A DNA stretch of 64,000 nt from the human T2T-CHM13v2.0 reference genome, Homo sapiens: assembly GCF_009914755.1 (NCBI RefSeq), contig NC_060945.1; one strand, 5' to 3'. The position numbers and the translations under genes were made by a program. The notes under the pieces are model-generated. The model saw only the letters and a program-made list of their open reading frames with translations. It ran no database searches and was not told the origin of the DNA. Of this stretch, positions 29,421 to 45,331 are shown one piece after another; position 1 is the first letter of the stretch, and each line of letters begins with the position of its first letter.

Positions 29421-30046
29421 TTTGTTGTTGTTTCTTTTTTTATAATTTTTATTTTTATTTTAAGTTCCAAGATACATGCGCAAGATGTGCAGTTTTGTTA
29501 CACAGGTAAACGTATGCCATGGTGGTTTGCTGCACCTATCAACCCATCGCCTAGGTATTAAGCCCAACATGCTTTAGCTATTTTTCCTAATGCTCTCCCT
29601 TTCCCTACCATCCCCCAACAGGCCCCAGTGTGTGTTGTTCCCCTCCCTGTGTCCCTGTGATCTCATTGTTCAGCTCCCAATTATAAGTGAGACCATGTGG
29701 GGTTTGGTTTTCTGTTCCTGTGTTAGCTTGCTAAGAATAATGGCTTCCAACTTCATCCATGTCCCTGAAAAGGACATGATATTGCTCTTTTTTATGGCTG
29801 CATAGTATTCCGTGGCATGTACGTACCACATTTTCTTTATCCAGTCTATCATCAACGAGTATTTGAGTTGATTCTATGTCTTTACTATCATGTATAGTGC
29901 GGCATTGAACATATGCATGCATGTATCTTTGCAATAAAATGATTTATATTCCTTTGGATATATACCTAGTAATGGCATTGCTGGGTCAAAGGATATTTCC
30001 GGTTCTAGATCTTTGAAGAATTACTACACTGTCTTCTATGATGTAG
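29421..30046 (-). mobile_element. 5'-truncated L1PA (PA8-10-like)
   Basis: L1PA 3' UTR plus ORF2 C-terminus (WIKKMWY..EYYAAIKK); TSD TAAACCTTC(T/C)TCTTT at 29406-29420 and 30047-30061. Confidence 0.92.
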
Positions 30047-30794
30047 TAAACCTTCCTCTTTAAATTATCCATTTATAAGAGAAATATTTGAAATATTTTC
30101 ATTTGAAAGAGTGTACTGAAGAAATGTCTGCGTAAAACAAAACACTTCATTCTATATCACGTGGAGTTAGAAATCACTTGGAATGTCCATTAATTCTTGA
30201 TATTACGATTGAGATTACACACAGATCATATTGACAAATTTTTTTTTTAAAGTTAACCTCTGAAAAAATGTTCTTGCTCTCTTGCTTCTGAGTTTGAAAC
30301 AGAGTTGAGGGAATATTGTGTTATAACTGACAATGGGAATTAGCACTGGAGTTCAGCTTAGGTAAAATCATTTTCTAAAGTTATGCACTTTCAGTAAGAA
30401 AGCAAAATGAGTTACTATTAAGATGTAAAATATGTGGCTGTGAGTACTTATTTTTACATATTGACAAGTTTACTTTCAAAACGTAATTTCAACTACATCC
30501 AGAAAAAACTGATATATATATTTTTACACCTATAGACTTATCTAAATGTTAATCATTATACTTAGAAGATGGGACAATGAGATATACATCATATATTTGA
30601 GATGATTTTATATGACACAGTTTCATAATCAACCAAAATGGGAAAACATGCAAACATTTGAATGGCTTACATAAGAAACAATCCAAATTAGCTCTCCTCT
30701 TTTTAGTCAGAAAAGTATGGATGTAAAATTGTCAGGTACTTATGGAAGTAAATACAGGAAGTTCTTGTGAAATGCATTAGGGTCAACTGGAATT

Positions 30795-31340
<546 letters not shown>

Positions 31341-31719
31341 CATGTAAAACTAATACACACACACACACACAGTCTAATACTGTTTCAGGGTAGAGAATCA
31401 GAATTGGGAAACATGTACACCATCATGATTCTGAGGTATTTGACAAGTCCCTTTACTTCTCCGGTTGATCTCTGGCTTTAAGTTTTAAATTAGAAACATA
31501 CCATTTAAAATATGTGTACAAATGGAGTGACTTTTTGTGTTCCTCTTTAAAGAAAGCTTCACTGACAATGGAAAAGTTGACATGATTTAATGTTTTTCCC
31601 ATGAACATAATATTCATATTTGCAGCAATAAAACAGCTTTGCCATTATATTCTATATTCATTAACAAAAAGTACTATTTTAGATTGCTATAACTAATGAC
31701 AAATTTTAAAAGATTTTAT

Positions 31720-31940
31720 TTATTGGCACTTACCACAAGCCAGGTAGTTTGCTGAAATCATTGCATATACCAACTGATTTAACACCAAGCATACTGTGAG
31801 ATTGGACTTGCTATCATTTCCATTTTATAAGTAAGAAAACGAGTACAGAGAGAAAAAGACACTTCCCAAAGCCTCCCTGACAGTTAAGGGGAAGAGCCAG
31901 GATTCAAGTATAGTTTAAGAGCAAGTTCTTATAAACTACA
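31720..31940 (-). mobile_element. MIR
   Basis: CCATTTTATAAGTAAGAAAACGAG...AGAGCCAGGATTCAA. Confidence 0.7.
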
Positions 31941-32020
31941 TGCTAAATACATTACAATATCATGTTTTACATTTTTCACTAGGGCTTTTAGGCCAGATGA
32001 TATAAACTCACATTGATCCC

Positions 32021-32431
32021 TGTTCCACTGGTGGCAGGCCTGTGCAAACCTACCCCGAAGTCCAAGGAAGCTAAGAGGACAGGGAAGAAAGAGGTTGACA
32101 TACCCAGTTTCTCAGAAAGAAACATTGAAAAAAGCCATGTCTGTGTCTTGGGCAGCAGTGAGACAAGATGATGAATTCTTGTGCCATCAGCCCCCAGACT
32201 CAGGGCTTCTATACCATAGAGAAAGGGCATACATGATTAAGAAGAGATATGTAGTGCAATTGAAGTATGATAAAATCAAGGTTGTTTTGACCTAAGGGCA
32301 GGATTTGCATACCTGCTTTTACCTAAGGAACAATAGGTAAGCTAGATATCTTAGACCTTCCTTAAACTAGGGTTAATTAGACATCAGTATAGCAAATTAG
32401 CATCCAAGATGGAATTACTTTAGACTCCACA
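32021..32431 (-). mobile_element. LTR47-like solo LTR (ERVL)
   Basis: Reverse strand begins TGTGGAGTCTAAAGTAATTCCATCTTGGATGCTAAT and ends GGAACA; TSD ATCCC/GTCCC. Confidence 0.8.
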
Positions 32432-32859
32432 GTCCCATTATATCAACAGCCCTAGCATAGGCCCTTATTTATAAGTACCCAGTGCTATACTGTAAAATAA
32501 CATTATAACCAGTCTTTTCATTAAAAGACTATTTTAATCGTTCTTCCAAACAGATGTTGGAAGATTTTAAGATTATTGTTATGTTTATACAGATATGCAA
32601 GTAGAATAAGAAGAGTACTTTCATATAGCACCATGAGTATGAAAGCAGTAGATACAATTATTAAAAGTATAAAAAAAGTAAAAAATCTTTAAAGGATACA
32701 CGGTTACCTTTTTAAATCATATCTAACTGCCATGTTTATATGGAAGAAATAAAGAGCACATAGTTATTTCTTAGCCAAAAAAAAAAAAAAAGCCTGTGAT
32801 TATACAAAGGATATCTAATTAGGGAAAAAATGTAATCATAGCACTTAAAATTAAATTAA

Positions 32860-33020
32860 ATATAACCTGAGTTTCAGTACCAGCTCTGTTGCTAAGAAGC
32901 TGTGAGGCCTGTGAAAAATCATTTAATTTCTCTGAGCCTCAGTCTGTTGATCGGTACTAAAGGGAATAGGAATCACAAATTGATCTCTGAGGTCCCCTCA
33001 GACTCTCATAAACTATGATG
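32860..33020 (+). mobile_element. MIR/MIR3 fragment
   Basis: ATCATTTAATTTCTCTGAGCCTCAGT...ATCTCTGAGGTCCC. Confidence 0.7.
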
Positions 33021-33789
33021 ATATGAAATTAGCAGAGTTTGAGTAGAATGAATTCAATAGAGGTAAACATGCCAATTACTGCATACTAATTTAGTGCTTC
33101 TCTCTCTGAAAGGCTTGTGCTTTAAAAGACACATATAGCAAATAGAAAAGATTTATGTAGAGATACTCAAACTATTTACCACCATATTTTACTTGCAGAA
33201 AAATATTTCCCAAATCAAACATCTTAATACATTTGAAATTTAATAATGAAAGAATTAACTCTAGCAATTTAAAGAGAGGTTTGGGGTTATGTAAAAATCT
33301 TCATATCTATATGCAACAGAAAGAATGCTCCATTACAAGCTATATGCATGGCTGTATTTGTGAGGTAGCCTTTTCACTAATTTCCCTTGCATGTTCTATT
33401 CAAACAGCTGTTTTTTGTTAGATAAACATTATTATATCTATTACATTCCTTTGCTCTATATTAAAACAAACTTATACGCCACTAAATTCTAACATCATAC
33501 GTTGGAATTTGATATTGTAAGTATGTCTCTGACATGTATAACTTTTTTGAAATTTTTTAAAAATGTATTGGATATTTTTCTAAGAACAAGTAGGAGTTAT
33601 ATTTTAAATGGAAACATGTTTCTTTTACTAGCAAAAGAGACTCTCCTTCTAGTATTCATCTCTCAAATTCAATGACAACTTATGACAAATTCAAATAGGA
33701 GACAACTGTCCTTTCAGAAAAAAACCTCTAAAATATTTTGGGATTTTTTTCCTCCCACATAAAAACCTCTATGTCTAAAAAGATTACGT

Positions 33790-34160
33790 TAGATTACAAA
33801 TGCGGAAACAATGACACAAGAGGGGAAGCAGTGAGTGCTTCTATGAAAGAAAAGACTGACTACTCCAAAGATGATATACGTTTTCAAGGCAATGATGGAT
33901 ACCTTTAACATGCCTTGTGAGACAGAAGGATTAGTTCTTTCATCTTTCAGCCTGGCCAACACCTGCGTCCTCATTTTCCTAGGTGTTGAAATAGAAAGAA
34001 AGCACGGAGGCAGCACAGCTCTGCTATAAAAGGCTTTGCCTCCAAATACAAAATATAACTTTTGCTTGAATTCCTTTGATTACAAGATGTTTATATGGTC
34101 ATTTCGATTAGCCTTGCAATGAAGCCAACTGCAAGGACAACTAGGAAATATCTGGGTGCT
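33790..34160 (-). mobile_element. Degraded MLT1-like LTR fragment
   Basis: TTCTTTCATCTT...AACTGCAAGG..ACTAGGAAAT motifs; weak. Confidence 0.35.
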
Positions 34161-34486
34161 CACAAAAACAGAGCAAAGAAAATTTTGATTAGCAGTTAGA
34201 GACTCAAATGTACCTATGGTTTTTGTATTGTGTTTGTTTTGAGCTGCTACCAGTTAATTCTAACTTTTATGTTATAATGCAGCATAATCAATGTCCTTGA
34301 ATTAACTTCCTAAAACATAGAGGATAAAAGGCTATATTAACATATTTTTCCAGAAAATGTAAATATACTAGCTAATAAAATAACAAGATCAAATTATAAT
34401 TGAGAAAGTACTGCTGTTTAAATATTTTTAAACACCTAAAATGGGAAAAAACTTATTAAACATTAGAAAAATATTTTTATGTCTTA

Positions 34487-34817
<331 letters not shown>

Positions 34818-35449
34818 AAGAATTGACAAACGTAGGAGCAGTTATGTAAATACTTAACATGCTTATTGCTTTATGTAACACAAGCCTTTATCACATTGAT
34901 TGGAGTTTTTTCTGAGCTATATGTAAAAACAGAAGGTCAGAAAACTTACAAAATCATTATTGTAAAGTAAAGAAGAACTAAACTGTGAAATCATTGCTTT
35001 TTTTAGATGAAGTTACTGAAGTGACTCAAGATGCTAAATTCAAAATTTCTTCAGTTACCATTGTACTTGTGGAAAAATATTGTCAAAAAGTGTCATTGTT
35101 TATACAGGAAAACTTTCTTTAAAGTTTAGAGTAAGACAATAATCAAATATCACATTATCATGCTGAAAAAAGATGGAAAGTCTATTAATATATATGCCTA
35201 TATATTTATTTGTTAAGCAAACAATATGTATTTTTTCTATCATGCTATGTTAGAATTTTTGTGTCTAGCTATGATGGAGTAATCATGAACATCTATGAAA
35301 CTACAAAATATAGGAGGTAAAGATTTTTCAGTATTTAACAGCAGGTAGGAGCAGGACAGGATGTGATATTTGAGAGAAATACATAGAAAGAGGTGAATCC
35401 CATATTGGCCCCTGATTTTGGTCTAAGAGAAGTTTCTCAGCGAAAGTGT

Positions 35450-35615
35450 TGTAAGCTTTTTTCAAATTTTGAATCTTACCTCCTCTTCAGCACAACTTGC
35501 CTGCCTACATGTGGAGAAAGTTCTGTGTTTAAAATCTCACGTGATTAGATTGGGCCCGCCGGAATAAGCTCCCTATCTTAAAGTTTGTAACCTTAATTAT
35601 ATACAGAACCCTCAC
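35450..35615 (-). mobile_element. MLT1 LTR fragment
   Basis: CTCACGTGATTAGATTGGGCCC...CTCCCTATCTTAA...ACCTTAATTA. Confidence 0.65.
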
Positions 35616-35704
35616 AATTGTTTTCTTCTCTTATTCTCTTAAATGACTGCCATCAGTTTAAAGCAAAAAAAAAAAAAAAAAGATAAAATGACTTTATTTC
35701 GTTT

Positions 35705-36478
<774 letters not shown>

Positions 36479-36489
36479 GTTTAACATAT

Positions 36490-38160
<1,671 letters not shown>

Positions 38161-38313
38161 TATATATATATATACCCAGATATATATATATATATATATA
38201 CCCAGATATATATATATATATATACCCAGATATATATATATATACCCAGATATATATATATATATATACCCAGATATATATATATATACCCAGATATATA
38301 TATATATATACCC

Positions 38314-38360
<47 letters not shown>

Positions 38361-38559
38361 CAGATACATACATATACCCAGGAGGGGTGTGTGTGTGTAT
38401 ATATACCTGGGAGGGGGTGTGTATGTGTCTGTGTGTGTGTATATATTTATAAATTTATATGCAGAAGGGTGTATACACACACACACTTGGAATGGTGTAT
38501 GTATCCATATATACACATATATATGTGGGAGTGTGTGTATATATATAGACAAGAGGATG

Positions 38560-38619
<60 letters not shown>

Positions 38620-39130
38620 CCCAGGAGGGTGCATATATAGATATATACAGCGAGGGTGTGTGTATATATACACACACACACACACACACATATATCCAGG
38701 TGTATATAAATATATACATACAAGCGGGAGGGTGTGTGTATATATATATATATGCGGGAGGGTGTATATATATATACATACACACCCAAGAGGGTGTGTG
38801 TATATATATATACCTGGAAGGGTGCATATATATATGTGTATATATATATACCTGGCAGGGGGTATATATACATACCTAGGAGGGGTGTGTGTATATATTT
38901 TTATATACCCGGGAGTGGGTGTATATATATATACATACACACTCAGGAGTGTGTGCATATATATGTATCCGAGAGTAGGTATATATGTGTGTGTGTATAT
39001 ATATATGTGTGTGTGTGTACATATATACACACACACACACACATATACACACCTGGGAGTGGGTATTGGAGGGGGTATATATGTAGATATACACCCTGGA
39101 GTTGGTATATAAATATACACCCAGGAGTGG

Positions 39131-39192
<62 letters not shown>

Positions 39193-39234
39193 CTGAGAGT
39201 GTGTGTGTGTGTGTATATATATATATAAACACCC

Positions 39235-39282
<48 letters not shown>

Positions 39283-39434
39283 GTATATGTATACCTGGGA
39301 GTGGGTATGTATATGTATACCTGGAAGTGGGTATATATAGATATATATATCTATATATGCCTGGGAGTGGGTATATGTGAGTGTATATATATATATGGGG
39401 GCAGGTATAATATATATATAATGGGAGTGGGTTA

Positions 39435-39488
<54 letters not shown>

Positions 39489-39557
39489 TACCCAGGAGGG
39501 GTTATACATATATATACGTGGGGTTGGGATGTATATATACCCGGCAGTGGGTATGTG

Positions 39558-39599
<42 letters not shown>

Positions 39600-39812
39600 C
39601 CGGAGTGGGTATATATATATACACCCGGGAGTGGGTATATATATATACACCCGAGAGTGGGTATATATATATACAGCCGGGAGTGGGTATATATATACCC
39701 AGTAGTGGGTATATATATACCCAGTAGTGGGTATATATATACCTGGGGGAGGGAATATATATATATACCCAAGAGGGGTAGGGGTATATATATATATATA
39801 TGTGTGTGTGTG

Positions 39813-39858
<46 letters not shown>

Positions 39859-40357
39859 AGGGAGTGGGTATATATGCATATATACAACTGGGAGTGGGTA
39901 TATATACATATATATATGCAGACACATACCCAGGAGTGTATATATATATACCTGAGAGTGTGTGTGTATATATAAATATACACACATACACCCGAGAGTG
40001 GGTATGTATATGTATATACCCAGGAGTGGGTATGTATATATACACCCGGGTATGTATATGTATATACCCGGGAGTGGGTATGTATATATACCAGGGAGTG
40101 GGTATATATATACCTGGGTGGGGGTATATATATGTATATACCCATGTGGGGGTGTATATATATATATATAATATATATATATATATACACACACACCCAG
40201 GAGTGGGTATATATATATATACACCCGGGAGCAGTTATACACCACTCCCAGGCTTATATAGATTATACCCACTCTCGGATATGTATATATACACACACCC
40301 ACCCCTCCCGGATACATATATACACCCATCTGGGTATATATATATACCCACTCCCAG

Positions 40358-40396
<39 letters not shown>

Positions 40397-40606
40397 CACT
40401 CCCAGGTGTATATATGTGTATACCAACTGCCAGGTATATGTGTATATACCCCAACCCGCGTATATATATACGAACTCCCAGGTATATAAGTATATATTTA
40501 GCTGCTCCTGGGAGCAGCTAAATACACACACACCTGGGTTGGTAGGGTGTATATATATACACACACACACCCAGGAGGGGAGGATTATATATATATATAT
40601 GTGGTG

Positions 40607-40643
<37 letters not shown>

Positions 40644-40653
40644 GTGGTGTGTG

Positions 40654-40708
<55 letters not shown>

Positions 40709-40766
40709 ACCTGGGAGGGGGTAGTGTGTGTGTATATATATACACACTATATATATATACACACAG

Positions 40767-40797
<31 letters not shown>

Positions 40798-40902
40798 CTG
40801 GGAGGGGGTATATATATGAGCAGGTGTGTGTGTGTGTGTGTGTGTATGTATATATATATATATATACACACACACACCCAGGAGGGGTTATATGTGTGTG
40901 TT

Positions 40903-40949
<47 letters not shown>

Positions 40950-41086
40950 CCTGGAGGGGGTATATGTGTGTGCATGTGTGTTTGTGTGTGTGTGCGTGTG
41001 TGTGTGTATATACCCGGGAGGGGTATATGTGTGTGTATATATATACCCAGGAGTTGGTATATGTGTATGTATATATACCCTATATA
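38161..41086. repeat. 2.9-kb punctuated compound microsatellite / VNTR
   Basis: (TA)n, (CA)n and (TG)n tracts separated by CCCAGA, CCCAGGAGGGG or CCYGGGAGTGGG motifs; internal inverted block about 40240-40508. Confidence 0.97.
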
Positions 41087-41126
41087 AAAAAAATATTGAT
41101 ATTTTATATCGATATATAGATATGTA

Positions 41127-41179
41127 TCACTGCAATTGGCTACTTTTAGACTCCTGGTGATTGGTGCGTTTTACAGAAT
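41127..41179 (-). other. Inverted 53-bp copy of LTR12 segment 35821-35873
   Basis: Reverse complement matches 48/53 by hand alignment. Confidence 0.9.
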
Positions 41180-41246
41180 ATAATATATAAATATATAGAT
41201 ATGGATTTATAAATATATCAATATAAAAAATATATGCCCTGTATGT

Positions 41247-41325
41247 ATTTTTAAAAATCTTGTTTTACAGTTTATTTCGGCTTTGTTGCTTTGCATTTCT
41301 TCAATAAATTTGGAAACAGCTTGTC
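41247..41325 (-). other. Inverted copy of L1 segment 37681-37747 plus the Alu-empty junction
   Basis: Reverse complement matches 62/67, then continues ATTTTTAAAAAT as on the right flank of the Alu (38033-38043). Confidence 0.9.
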
Positions 41326-42158
41326 TAGTAATAGATGTTATATACATATATATAACCAATTTGTTTTTTATAGAGCTATGAAAGCATTTAACATACAAAA
41401 GAGTGTATTTTCAATAAATTGTCTTGAAGCAAGTGACTATCAATAATAAAAAATAAAACTTGAATGTTACCTCATACCACAGCCTTATTATAATTAATAA
41501 ATATAATCAATATAATATAATTATAATTATCATAATATATAGTTTTATAAGATGTAGTATTATAACTAATAATTTAGTATTCCAATTAATAATTAATTAT
41601 AATTATTATAATACTATAATATAATATAGTATTAGAAAACATGATGGTTGCATAGTATAATTAATTATATTAATATAATACTAAAATAGTAATTAATAAA
41701 AATAATTAATCAAATTAATTTGTGTATTAGAGTTGAAGAGATCATTTAACTTTGAAATCTAGAACTCTAAAAATTCCTGGAAAAAATATTTCTGACCTTT
41801 AGATGAGCCAATATGACAATTTTACAAAGAATACAAACACTTCTTAAAATGATCAATTGGACTTCATCTAAATCAAAAATATATTTGAAAAACAACACTG
41901 GAGAAGGAGAGTGAGAGACAGAGAAAGAAAGAGAGAGATTTTAAAAGAAAGTCACTCCTTAAAAGGGAGAGGAAATATTCACAATATACAAATATATGTA
42001 ATGATTGAGTTGAATGAAGAATCTAGAATATAATGAATAATTAACTATGAGGCAAAAAAAAAATGGCTAAAGTCTTGAACAGACATTTCACAAAAAATGT
42101 TATGTAAATTACACTTCATTAGCTATCAGGAAAGTGCAAATTAAAACCATAATATAAA
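41326..42158 (+). mobile_element. Old L1M ORF2 remnant, right part, with an AT-rich insert at about 41486-41715
   Basis: Resumes at the position following 38160 (TAGTAATAGA...TTTTCAATAAATTG...CTCATACCA...TTGAACAGACATTTCACAAAA). Confidence 0.75.
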
Positions 42159-42159
42159 G

Positions 42160-42431
42160 TACTTTTTTTTTACCTTTTCTATGTTTATATATGTTTAGAT
42201 ACACAAATGCTTACCATTGTGTTACAGATGTCCATAGTATTTCATACAAGTAACATGCTATACAGGTTTGTAACCTAGGAGCAATAGCATAGGCCTTAAA
42301 GCTAAGGTGAGTAGGAAGCTGTATCATCGAGGTTTTTGTAAGTATACCCTATGATGTTCACATGAAAACAAAATCACCTAATGACACATTTCTCAGAACA
42401 TATTCCCATCATTAAGTGACACATTACTGTA
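42160..42431 (+). mobile_element. Tigger3a (MER7A)-like DNA transposon fragment
   Basis: TTTAGATACACAAAT.CTTACCATTGTGTTACA...CATTTCTCAGAAC...TTAAGTGACACATTACTGTA terminus. Confidence 0.85.
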
Positions 42432-44360
42432 TCATTGTTGCAATGTCTAATTTTTACTTCAATTCTTTCAGTTTCTATTTTATGTCTTTTGTAGATTTGT
42501 TGTTAAGTACATATATGTTAATGATTGTTACATCTTTCCGATGGATTGACCCTTTATAATTAGGAAATGTCCCTCTAGTAATATTTTTTTCTTTAAAGAC
42601 TATGTTGTCTGACAGCTTTTCTGGCTCTTTTTATGATGTTTGCAGAGTATTTCCTTTTTAATACTTTTACTTTCAACCTATTTGTGTTATTTGAATTTCA
42701 AATACATCTTCTTTAGAAAGCCTATAGTTGAATCTTACTTAATTCAGCCTGACAGTCTTCACTTTCGATTGGATTATTTAATCCATTCATACGCTGTAAT
42801 TGATAGGATTTCATTTATATTTTACATTTAGCTTTTTGTTTTTTATATATCTTCTATTTTTTAGTTTCTCCATTTGTTCTTTCTTGCATCCTTTTGCATT
42901 AAATATTTTCCAACATTTTAATTCAATTAATATTTTAGTTTTTGAGGTTTTTCTTAGCGGATACACTAGGGATTATGGTATAAATCTTAACTGATCATAC
43001 TCTAGCTTTATAATGACTTAGTTACAATAAGATGTTAAAATATTCCACCTATACTGTTCATTTCCTTCTCCACTTTTTTATGCAGTTACTGGTATATATA
43101 CTGTTTATATTTGATATAGACCTAACAGTACATGGTTATACATATTACTTTGTATTACCTTATGTATTTTAAAGAGGCTAACGAAAGAAGAAAAACAAAG
43201 ACATATTTATAGATTTTGTTATAGCAACCCTTTTATTTACTGTTTCTTGCTCTCTTCATTTCTTGTGGATTTGAGCTACTAACTAGTGTCATTTGTTTGT
43301 GCCAATACAGCTTTTTTTTCACTCAACTGTTTTATGCTGTTATTGGCAAATGTATTACATTTCTAAAAGTTATAGGTTCAGCAGTGAAGTACATACATAT
43401 ACTTTTGAGACAATTGCTTTTTAAATCAGTAAAGAGAAGAAAAGAGGAAACAAAATGCAATTATACAGTCTTTTGCAACTACCAACATAATTAGCTTTAC
43501 CTGCACTCATTGTTTTTTATTCTAATCTAATGTCTCGCTTTTATTTTAAAGAACTTCCTTTAGAATTTCTTGTAAGGTATGTCTTTAAGCAATGATTGTG
43601 AAGCTAAAATTGTCTTTATTTTTCATCATTTTTGGAACTTAGTTATAATTAGCAAAACATGAATATAAGACTCTTGATTTGCAATTCTTTTGTTTTGTTT
43701 TGTTTTGTTTTCCTACTTTCATCTCTTTGAATCTGTTGTACCATTCTGAAATTCATTGTTGAGATAAGAAGTCAGCCAACAGTCTTACTGGGATGCAAAC
43801 ATGCATACTGAGTCATTTCTCCATTGATGTTTTAAAGATTTTCTCTCTGTCTTTGACTTTTAACATTTGATTATGACGTATCTGAATGTAGATCTCTTTG
43901 TGGTTATCCTCTTTGGAGTTTGTCATACCTCTTGAGTGAGCAGATTAAATTTTTATCAGATCTGGAAGTCTTTCAGCCCTTATTCCTCTATGTTGTTTCT
44001 TCTTCTTTCTCTCCCTTCTCATACATATTTTCCGGGATAAATGTGTATCACATCCTTTCAGGCACTATTTTTCTTGAATTGTTCTTTGATTGGTGTTTCA
44101 GATTACATAATCTCTATTGATCTATCTTCAAGTTTGATCATTCTTTTATTCTCCCAATTCAAAACTATTTTTAAATTCCTCTGGTGAATGTCTAATTTGG
44201 GTTGTTGCATTTTTCCAACTGCAGAATTTCCATTTCATTATTTATAATAATTTCTATGATTTTATCAATACTCTGTATTTAATAAGATACTTTCATTTTA
44301 TCTTCTTGCATTTTTTTTTGCATAGTTTACTTTTTGAACATATTTACGGTAGCTACATTG
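42432..44360 (-). mobile_element. Old L1M ORF1 and ORF2-start remnant
   Basis: Reverse L1 motifs GGATTGACCCTTTAT, GAGATAAGAAGTCAGC, TTTAAAGATTTTCTCT, CTATCTTCAAGTT; probably continues at 45850-46790. Confidence 0.75.
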
Positions 44361-44676
44361 GGTTTGTGATGGCTGATTTTATGGTGAACTTTACTGAGAC
44401 AGGAAGTGCCAAAAATCGTTATTTCTAGGAGTGTCTTTGAGAGTTTTCTGGATGAAATTAGTATCTGAACCAGTGCATTCAGTAAATTAGATGCATCTCC
44501 TCCAAATGTGCATGGGTATTGTTTAATCTTGTGAGGGCCTGCATAAAATAAAAAGGTGGAGGAATGAGAAATTTGCCCTTTTTTTCTTCCTGCTTGCCTC
44601 CATAAACTAGGACCTCAGTCTTCTCCTGCCCTCTTTTGGGATTTATATCATCAGCTTCTCTGGTTCTCAGTCCTGT

Positions 44677-45215
44677 TGAAACAGCCTCGTTGTCTGAGTG
44701 CCACATGAATTTCTTTGTCTCACAGCCGAGGAAATCAAGGAAATGGACATTCCAAGGGTGAGGTTAGAGCAGAAGTTTAATAAGTGAAAGAGAGAAAGCT
44801 CTCTGCTGCAACCCCCAAAAAGGTTGCTGTTATTACAGTTGAATGCAAAGGCTCTTATAAACAACAAATGAGGGCTGGACATCTCATTTGCATAAGGAGC
44901 AAATTTCTGGCAGCTCCACCCCAATCTGTTGCGCATATGGGCCCTTAGTTTGAGTTACTCCATATTGCTTTGCTCCCCTTACTGTGCCTGTGTTGAGGGA
45001 TGGAATTTTCCATTGTGGGCATGTCTGGGCAAGTCACATGTGTAGCCTTTCTTATCTATGTGGCTGTGGGCATGTCTTAGGCAAGCCCCTCTGTGTAAGT
45101 TCCCTTATCTATGCCTGCAGCTTGAATTTTTAGGCTGTTCTTTGGTTTAAAACAATTTACCCAAGGACCCACCCTAACTGACTGCCTGACCAGTTTCTTC
45201 CTTTCTCCTCTCTCA
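44677..45215 (-). mobile_element. ERV1 solo LTR, MER61/LTR9 group
   Basis: Reverse strand TGAGAGAGGAGAAAGGAAGAAAC...GTTTCA; TSD CTGT/TTGT; carries p53-type repeats typical of MER61. Confidence 0.8.
45017..45088. promoter_or_regulatory. Two p53 response-element matches
   Basis: GGGCATGTCT-GGGCAAGTCA (45017-45036, 19/20, no spacer) and GGGCATGTCT-T-AGGCAAGCCC (45068-45088, two perfect RRRCWWGYYY halves, 1-bp spacer). Confidence 0.65.
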
Positions 45216-45331
45216 TTGTAGTCTCAGATACCACTAGCTTTCCTGAGTCTCAAGCTTGCAGATGGCAGACTGTGGGACTTCTCAGCCATCATAATTGTAT
45301 GAGCCAGTTCCTCATAATATATTTTCCTATC

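Noticed and set aside
34835-34845. GGAGCAGTTAT also occurs at 40228-40238, a possible third templated donor
   Set aside because: An 11-bp match is too short to exclude chance
38161-40240. Repeat-spacer periodicity resembling a CRISPR array
   Set aside because: The spacers are dinucleotide runs, the repeats are only 6-12 bp and variable, there are no cas genes, and the DNA is primate
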